Assembly (NCBI GenBank): GCA_951406725.2
Contig: OX597835.1
Coordinates: 27,776,001 to 27,840,000 of the forward strand
Reading direction: 5' to 3'
DNA: 64,000 bases
Source of the DNA: Octopus vulgaris
Taxonomy: Eukaryota
Below the pieces are notes generated by a model, which saw only the letters and a list, made by a program, of their open reading frames with translations, had not been told where the DNA came from and ran no database searches. This document shows, one piece after another, positions 55,495 through 64,000 of this stretch. The translations under genes were made by a program, and so were the position numbers. Every line of letters starts with the position of its first letter. The stretch's first letter is position 1.

Positions 55495-55995
55495 CATCAT
55501 CATCATTGTTCGACCGTGGTCAAGACAATGGAATTTACCATGCTACGCCAGACTTCACGGTCCATCAAAGCATTACGGAGGTCCTGTTGCTGGATGCCTG
55601 TATCCCTGGAGATTACATCAGGGTAGGAGAGTGTGCACCCTCTGGTATTGCGACTAGATGGCTTCCAGAGGAGAAGAGTAGAAATTGCCTCGTTTTCAGC
55701 TCTACAACAATGTCCAGCAAACTGGACTCTCCTACCTTTCACAAGAGATGACACAGGTGGTAGTTTCCCATATATTTGCATTTTGGTTGGATGACGCTTC
55801 CACGAGAGATTTTGAGCTCTCATAAGGAGGCAAGTGTAGGTTCCATCCAACCACCTCTCAAGCTTCTTTGATAACGTCCAGGTTTTTGAGCCATATAGTA
55901 GAATTGGTTCGAATGTGGCTTTGAAGATTTCAAGTTTGAAGTCTCTACTTAGATTTGATGACCAGATCTTTACAGGTTGATCAGGCCATACCCTT
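55495..55995 (-). mobile_element. RTE LINE 3' end
   Basis: ILLYGSKTWTL..LERWLDGTYTCLLMRAQNLSWK...RRVQFAGHCCR...DREVWRSMV followed by a (GAT)n tail. Confidence 0.88.
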
Positions 55996-58900
55996 TCTAG
56001 TTAGAAAATCTTTTCCAGTTGAAACAAGTGAAAGATAAAAATATATACACACACACATACATACACACATATAAAACACCATCATCATTATCATCATTTA
56101 ACGTCCATGTTCCATGTTGGCATAGGCTGGACAATTTGAAAGGGTTCAATATGCCCTTGGATCGCATCATGCTGCAATGCCTGCTTTGGCTGGATGCCCT
56201 TCCTAATGCCAACCAGAGCTGTCTTAAGGCATGGGCACACTGGTCAATTGCCTAGAGGACTCAGGATTCTAGGGGCCAAATTCTGTTCTATGTATATTGT
56301 AGCGTGCTGTCGATAAAAAATATTATAGGGCCCAGTGCATCAATTTCCATGGGGACACCAATCATGTCACAGTGTGGGTTGTGTGCTCTTTCTGTGCCAC
56401 CTGTACTATTGATGCTGCCATGCAGTTCACAGGGTTATGAACTTGGGGGGAGGGGATTATTATGAGAAGCTGGGATGGAGAAGGTTCTTGCGAAGGGATC
56501 AGCATGGATACTCAGATCTAGTAGGGGAAAGGTGGAGAGAGAAAGAGAAAATGATCTGAAAGAACTGCAGGACATAGATAATGATGATGAGGTGCCCAGA
56601 GGGCCCTACATGGCACAAGCTGAATAGAAGCTGGTAGGTGGATCGTAAGGAGGGGATGATGGTGAAGGGAGACTGTCATCGTGGGTAAGGCTGAAGGGTG
56701 GATGAACAAAGAACAATGAGCTGGGAGAAGATAGAAGGCTGCAGAAGAGAGAGTGGGTGGAGGGGGAAAGAGAGAGGAATAGCAAAGTGACCTGGTTGCC
56801 AGGAGGAGGATGACATGGTTGGGTTGTCTCTAGGTACCGTCGGGGTGAGAGAGGGAGACAGGCATAATGCATGAGTGGGGAGGGGGGAGTGGGTCATTGT
56901 AACATGGATGGGGAGCATGAAACACAGCTCTTCCAGAATGCAGTTTCTCTGAGGAGGACAAGGGTGTTTGAGAATCTCATATCGCAGGAAATTCCAGACG
57001 AGCACGGGAGTCGGTGTAATTAACTAGCCCCTTCCCTCAAACTGCTCACCTGCTCCCAAAATTTGAAAGAATTATTATTTTTTTATTCTTTATTTGTTTC
57101 ATTCATTTGACTGTGGCCATGCTGGAACACCATATTTTAGTCAAAGAAATCGACCCCAGGACTTATTCTTTGTACGCCTGGCGCTTATTCTATCGGTCTC
57201 TTCTGCCAAACTGCTCAGTTATGAGGACATAAACACACCAACATCGGTTGTCAAGCGATGGTGGTGGTGGGGGGTACAAACAAAGACACAAACACACACA
57301 TAGATATATACATACTTCTTTCAGTTTTTGGCCACCAAATCCACTCACAAGGCTTTGGTCAACCTGAGGCTATAGTAGAGGACACTTGCCCAAGGTACCA
57401 TGCAGCAAGATTGAACCTGGAACCATGTGGTTGGGAAGCAAGCTTCTTACCACACACCCATGCCTGCACCCATAGTAGAGGGCACTCTTCCAATGTGCCA
57501 CGCAGTGGGACCAAACCCGGAACCATATTTTGAAAACAGCGAGATGGGAGAATTATTAGCATGTCAGACGAAATGCTGAGCAGCATCCCTTTCAGCTGCT
57601 TACATTCTGAGTTCAAATTCCACTAAGGTCAACTTCACCTTTCATCCCTTGGGGAGTCAATAAAATAAAGTAACAGTTAAAGTATTGGTGGGGTCGATAC
57701 AATTGACTAGTCCTGACCTAAGAGATTGTTGACCTTGAGCCAAAATTTTAAATCATTACTACTACTACTACTATTACTACTACTACTACTACTACTACTA
57801 ATACTACTACTATTACTACTGTTGCTGCTGCTGATTGCCGCTATGCAACAAAAACTACCATTATGAAGTAAATTAACTTAAGCGTCCGATGGGGGCACTG
57901 CAAAGAAATCGACAATATTTGGTTCGTAGGGATGCTCTTATTGTATACTACAACAGCTATCCTTAAATGAGAAACTCACTGACCTAAATAACTGATATAA
58001 AATTTGATATAATGAAACGAATAAAGATTATATAGATTTTTTTTGTGTGTTTTGTTTTGTTTCGTTGTTGTTTTTTTTGTTTTTTTTCTTGCAGTCTTAA
58101 TCCCACAATCCAGACTGTTAGTCAGTTAGATACAAGAAGATATAAATACAAAATATAAAATACAAAAAAAATACAAAAAAAATACAGAATAAAAATATAA
58201 ATAACAAAAACAGGATGCTGTTGTCAAACATCAATACAAATGGCTTACCGAAAAACAAAAACAAAAGGAAGAAAACAGAAAAAAAAAAAACAGAAACAAA
58301 AGTTATAGATTGCAGACGAATATATTAGCGGCGAAAATACTGTGAAAGCCTTTCTTTCTTTCCCTTCAATATCGATAAAAGAGCTAATACCAAGAAAATG
58401 GTAATTCAAAAGTTTGACAATGAAGTTAACATCATTTAAACATATTTCCTGGAAATGTCATAGAGATATATTATTTCATTATTAAATGTCAGTGCCACAA
58501 ATAGGTTAAAACGTATATCAAATAGTTTCTGTACTATGTAAGGCAAGGCAAAGGCGTGGCCGTTCTGTTAAGAAATTTGCTTCTCAACTACATGGTTCCG
58601 GAGTTCAGTCCCACTGCATGGGCCCTCAACTCCTAGATAAGAGTCGTAGAGGTACCTATTTCTTTATTACCCACAAGGGGCTAAACATAGAGGGGGACAA
58701 ACAAGGACAGACAAAGGTATTAAGCCGATTATATTGACCCCAGTGCATAACTGGTACTTAATTTATCGACCCCGAAAGGATGAAAGGCAAAGTTCGACCT
58801 TGGCGGAATTTGAGCTCACAACGTAACGGCAGACAAAACACGGCTATGCATTTTGCCCGACGTGCTAACGTTTCTGCCAGCTCACCGCCCTAGAGGTACC

Positions 58901-59436
58901 ATCACAACAGATGGCATGCATTGGGCATTTTTAGATGGGGTGGAACTCGTCTATCTCCAACTCTGAACACAGTTGATTTCTTCCAGAAAGAATAGAAGAA
59001 AGAGAAGAATTAGCTTCAGTACAAGATTGGTACTTATCGACCCCCAAGAGAATGAAAAGTAAATTTGAACTCGGTGAGGTTTGAACTCAGAGCATTAGGA
59101 GCTGGAATGATTATCACAAAGTTATCTATCTGATGATCTAACAACTCACTGCTTGAAATTACATCCTGCCATCATAAAAAAAAAAAGGCCACATTTTAGA
59201 ATATAATCTGGAGCGGTAGAATCTTTTCCTTTATTGTACTTGTTTCACTCATTAGACTCTGTGTACCCCTTGAAGAATTTCTTGTCGAATGAATCAACCA
59301 AACTACATAGGTTTTTGAAGTTTGGCATTTATTTTATCCAATTCTTTTGCCAAACCGCTAAGTTATGGGGCTGTAAAAAACACACCAACGCTGGTTGTGA
59401 AGCAGTGGTGGGGGGACAAAAATACACACCTTAATG

Positions 59437-59467
<31 letters not shown>

Positions 59468-60850
59468 GGAGAGAGACAATAGGCTTATTCCAGTTTCTGC
59501 CAACCAAATCTACTCACAAGGCTTTGGTCAGCCCAAGGCTATAGTAGAAAACACTTGTCCAAGGTGCCACGTAGTAGGACTGAACCTGGAACCATGTGGT
59601 TGGGAAGCAAGGGTCGTACTACACAGCCACACCTGTGCCTATCTCTAAACAAACAAACAAGCAAAAATGCAATGGCCATAGTCAAAGCATAGGTCTTTCT
59701 GATGGTAGGTTTGTCTGCTCTATCTGGGGCTAACAACAACAACCAGTACAAAAGGTACCCCTCATAAAAAGTGGCAAGACTCACTGTCTTTTGTGATCTT
59801 TCTTAGACTCTGATTCTGAAGAATGCCAAAGCCATATCAATGGACAAGCTCTCTTATTGATTATCTCCCTTTTTTGCCCATTGACCAACACATGTCCCCT
59901 TGTGTCCTTCCACTCCCTCTCATGCTTCAGTATTTTCTCTACTTTTCTTTTGATGTTTGTCTTTCTGTCTGTCTAGCTGTCTATCTCTGTCTGTCTTTGT
60001 CTATCTGCTTCTGTGTCTGTCTGACCCTGAGCCTATCTGTCTGTCTAGCTGTCTATTTCTGTCTTTGTCTATCTACTTCTGTGTCTGTCTGACTCTGTGA
60101 CTAACTGTCTGTCTAGCTGTCTATCTCTGTCTGTCTGTCTTTATCTATTTCTGTGTCTGTCTGACCCTGTGCCTATCTGTCTGTCTAGCTGCCTATCTCT
60201 GTCTGTCTGGCCCTGTGTCTACTTGTCTGTCTATCTGTTTGTCTATCAGTCTCTGCATCTGTCTGAATGTGTGTGTGTGTGTGCGTCTCGCTCTTTGTCT
60301 CTCTCTCACTCTCTCTGATGGTACTAAACAGATAAATCTATCCATTCAGCACCATTAGTAAACCTCACTCTCCGATGAAACACACAGCCAGAAACGCAAG
60401 ACTTTTCCTCTCCTTTCTTCCTCACAACAAACAACAAACCAATTCACTTCTTCACTTCTCCTTCTTTCCTTTTTCTCTTCCTCCTGCACCCCACCCTTCC
60501 CCACACCCCTATCACATAAAAGAGAGCCGGCTTAATCTCTTCGGATTAAAAGAACATTTTCACCTTAAGCAGCTGTTGTCACTCTGCAACGTCCAAGCAC
60601 ACTCTACTTGCCAGGGACGAAGTGCAGAGTGCTTGTGCGAATCTTAGGACACATTTGCAAGAAAGCTATTCACCTAATCAATAAACTCTCCCACAGAGAC
60701 AAAACTATCTTTAACCCATTTTTGTACACTATATTGTTATTATTACTATTATTATTATTATTATTATTATTATATTGGTGCTATAAAGAATTCTGCTCTT
60801 TAAAAATAATTCTCAGCTGCATTCCACTTTTAACTACATCTGTTTATTGC

Positions 60851-60855
<5 letters not shown>

Positions 60856-60888
<33 letters not shown>

Positions 60889-61202
60889 CACACGCACACA
60901 CACACACACACATGCACACACACACACACCCACACACACACACACACACGCACACACATGCACACACACACTCACACACACACACACACGCACACGTGCA
61001 CACATGCACACACACACTCACACACACACACACACGCACACGCACACACACATGCACACACGCACACACACACACACGTGCACACACGCATACACACACA
61101 TGCACACACATACATACACACGCGCACACACACACACGCACAAACGCACACACACACACTCTCTCTCTCTCTCTCTTTCTCTCTTTCTCTCTCTCTCTCT
61201 CT
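60856..61202. repeat. (CA)n/(CT)n microsatellite
   Basis: Direct reading. Confidence 0.95.
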
Positions 61203-61429
61203 AAAGCCTACGCCAAACAAATACTGCATGCAGTCCTCCCTTCTGAGAGCAGATATTTCGAGACACTCTTCTGTTTCCTCACATTACAGTAAATGCCAAA
61301 ACGCTTCAGACTTCACATACGTCACTCCAGACTCTCTGGTCGCAAAGTGCTTACAAAATACGACGGCAAATGTCCTTTACACTTCAGCAAGGACTGTATA
61401 TCTATTCCAAGGAAGCTTCAACAGGGCTG

Positions 61430-61880
61430 CTCGGCCAGCTAGTAATAGCAGCTACATGTCCTTCAAACCATACCCATCTGTCTTTAAAGAAAAGGATACA
61501 TTAGATGATGCAATCCTAAATATACTATGTCAATGATGGAGATTCTATGTGGTTGTTTCACCTGCTAGAAATAACAGCTAAAACCTTCTCAACTCCTACA
61601 CTACCATCTTAAAAGAAATGAAAGACACACTACACATTAGATAATGCAATTCTAGATACACTATGTCAATGATGGGGGGTTCAGCATGATTGCTTCACCT
61701 GCTAGAAATAGCAACCAAATCTCCTTCAAATCAAACACTACATCTTAAAAGAAATGAAGGACACATTAAAGAATGAAATTCCAGATACAATTTGTCAATG
61801 ATGAATGGTCTACAAGATTGCTTGACCTGCTAGAAATAACAGCCAAATCTTTCTCCAATCACATCCTACTGTCTTACAAC
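61430..61880. repeat. diverged tandem repeat of a ~125-130 bp dispersed unit (cacctgctagaaatagcagccaaatc...)
   Basis: About 3.5 units; single copies also at ~30880, 44230 and 63895. Confidence 0.75.
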
Positions 61881-62071
61881 AAAAAAACCAAAAAAACACA
61901 TTTTGAAAAAATAAACTTAGACTATTTCTGGTGAGGGAGAGATGTTAAGAAATAATTGATGAATGAATAAATAATGGCTAACAGTGATTAACTAAACAAA
62001 CCACTGTTAACAATAGTTAACATAGCAAGCAACAACAAAAAGGAAAGAGAAAATAAGAATCCAAAAATAAC

Positions 62072-62189
62072 CTGATTAGAATGGTGAATTTTTCGAAGTG
62101 GAAGCCAATGAAGTCCAAGAAGGCTGTCCCACAACATTCCTTTATTCCATACTTCAATAATCAATCCAGTGTCAAGTCTCATGGTTTCA
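62072..62189 (-). CDS. unc-13: unc-13/Munc13 coding exon, C2A domain middle part (phase 2 to phase 0, 118 nt)
   Basis: Acceptor ttttatctttatttttttcag and donor CAG|gttatt. Translation (x)ETMRLDTGLIIEVWNKGMLWDSLLGLHWLPLRKIHHSNQ aligns without gaps to Munc13-1 C2A [40 protein letters not shown] (recalled sequence). Confidence 0.96.
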
Positions 62190-62522
62190 CTGAAAAAAAT
62201 AAAGATAAAAACAATAAATAAGTAATTGATGAATTTGATTTTTAAAAAAAATGAAAATTAAAGAATTACGGCTTGATTTCTTGTAGGGACACAATACTTC
62301 GTTATGCGACCATACTCTTTACTCTTTTACTTGTTTCAATCATTTGACTGCGGCCATGCTGGAGTACCGCCTTTAGTCGAGTAAATCGACCCTGGGACTT
62401 ATTCTTTGTAAGCCCAGTACTTATTCTATCCGTCTCTTTTGCCGAACCACTAAGTGACAGGGACGTAAACACACCAGCATCGGTTGTCAAGCAATGCTAG
62501 GGGGACAAACACAGACACACAA

Positions 62523-62553
<31 letters not shown>

Positions 62554-63614
62554 CGACAGGCTTCTTTCAGTTTGCGTCTACCAAATCCACTCACAAGGCA
62601 TTGGTCGGCCCGAGGCTATAGCAGAAGACACGTGCCCAAGATGCCATGCAGTGGGACTTAACCCGGAACCATGTGGTTGGTAAGCAAGCTACTTACCACA
62701 CAGCCACTCACAACTACCAAGAATATTGGTTGAAAATTTTGGCGCAAATTTTGGGGAAAGGGATGGTTGATTACATCAGCTCCAGTATTCAACTAGTACT
62801 TCTTTTCTTGACCCCCAAAATGATGAAGGGCAAAGTCAACCTTGATGGAATTTGATCTCAAGACGTGAAGACGGAAGAAATACTGCTAAGTATTTCACCC
62901 ACCACGCTAGCGTGAGACAAACACCAACGTCCAACTGTGACGGACTCAATAATTGTTGAGAGATATCTCTCTGAACATGAAACCAATGGTAGCCTAGCTA
63001 ACCCACAAGTAAAGTATGTACATATATATTGTTGTGTCTTAGCACATAGATATGGTATCATCATTTGATACATGTTTTTCACTCAATCTCTCTCTCTCTC
63101 CCTCTCTCTACATATATATATATGTAAAATAAATATATGTTCCTTCTCGAGCCATGCCAGGCTCATAAGAGCCGGTTTCCTGGTTTCAGTGGCGTAGAAA
63201 CTCCCCACTTGGATGGGACACCAGTCCATCACAGGATTACTCCTTTCTACCAGCTGAATGGACTGGAGCAACGTGAAAATGAAGTGTTTTGCTCAAGAAC
63301 ACAACGCATCGCCCAGCCCAGGAATCGAAACTACAACCTTACGATCATGAGTTCAACACCCTAACCACAAAGTCACATGCCTCCACACTCACATACATAC
63401 ATATATATATGTGTGTGTGTGTGTGTATAATATATATATATATATATAATATATATATCGGATATATTCCTGTACTACAGTTTCCGCCTATCCGGTTCCA
63501 CTCACAACACATTGGTCAGCAATAATAATCTCTAAATATAACAACAACCTACACAAAGAGACTTATTTTGTTTTGAGAAGAATATGGAAAAAGAAATTTC
63601 CGATTTTAGTCATG

Positions 63615-63658
<44 letters not shown>

Positions 63659-64000
63659 GCAACTAAAATTATACGTAATCGTTTTAAAAATCTTTAATTA
63701 AATTCCACTGCAATTACAATTCATCAATTTTTAATATGCATAAGCAATTATTTTGGGAGATTTTAAAATTAAAACAACTATTATGACAGGTCAGTCGAAA
63801 TGAAATATGAAAGAGATTTAAATAAGAAAGTGAAGTCCTGTTATGCAGAAAAATCTGATGCACCACACTGCATTAACAAAGATATTTAGCTGCTTGACCT
63901 GCTAAGAATAGCAACCAAATCTCCCTCAAATATATCTGTAAGATCACAGTTTCAATTCAATTTCATAACAAGACAAAACACACATGATATGGCCAATGAT

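Overview
AT-rich, repeat-dense eukaryotic DNA. The SINE families and microsatellite load look like an octopus (coleoid cephalopod) genome; this is an inference. The whole window appears to lie inside one large minus-strand gene, unc-13/Munc13 (synaptic vesicle priming factor). Two clearly homologous coding exons of the N-terminal C2A domain are present: 62072-62189 (118 nt, ETMRLDTGLIIEVWNKGMLWDSLLGLHWLPLRKIHHSNQ) and 23706-23829 (124 nt, EGQGKWFSLDGELIMKNGEIIGTRGSTGHSILIDARFELPY). They are separated by a ~38.2 kb phase-0 intron. Downstream of the C2A exons I see two candidate 9-nt, frame-preserving microexons (12278-12286, 5339-5347). If spliced to the C2A exon, they would insert GYE and DWE into the RIM-binding C-terminal extension of C2A. 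A ~2.8 kb SINE-free block (17340-20130) carries a chain of minus-strand splice sites and a phase-compatible short start (MFYA), suggesting an internal promoter for a C2A-less isoform. The introns hold several minimal type I hammerhead ribozyme motifs in Penelope/retrozyme-like fragments. They also hold at least three tRNA-derived SINE families, RTE/CR1/R4-Dong LINE fragments, mariner, hAT, piggyBac and Helitron relics (several nested, with readable target-site duplications), palindromes, tandem repeats and many microsatellites. Almost all ORFs in the supplied track are microsatellite or SINE artefacts.
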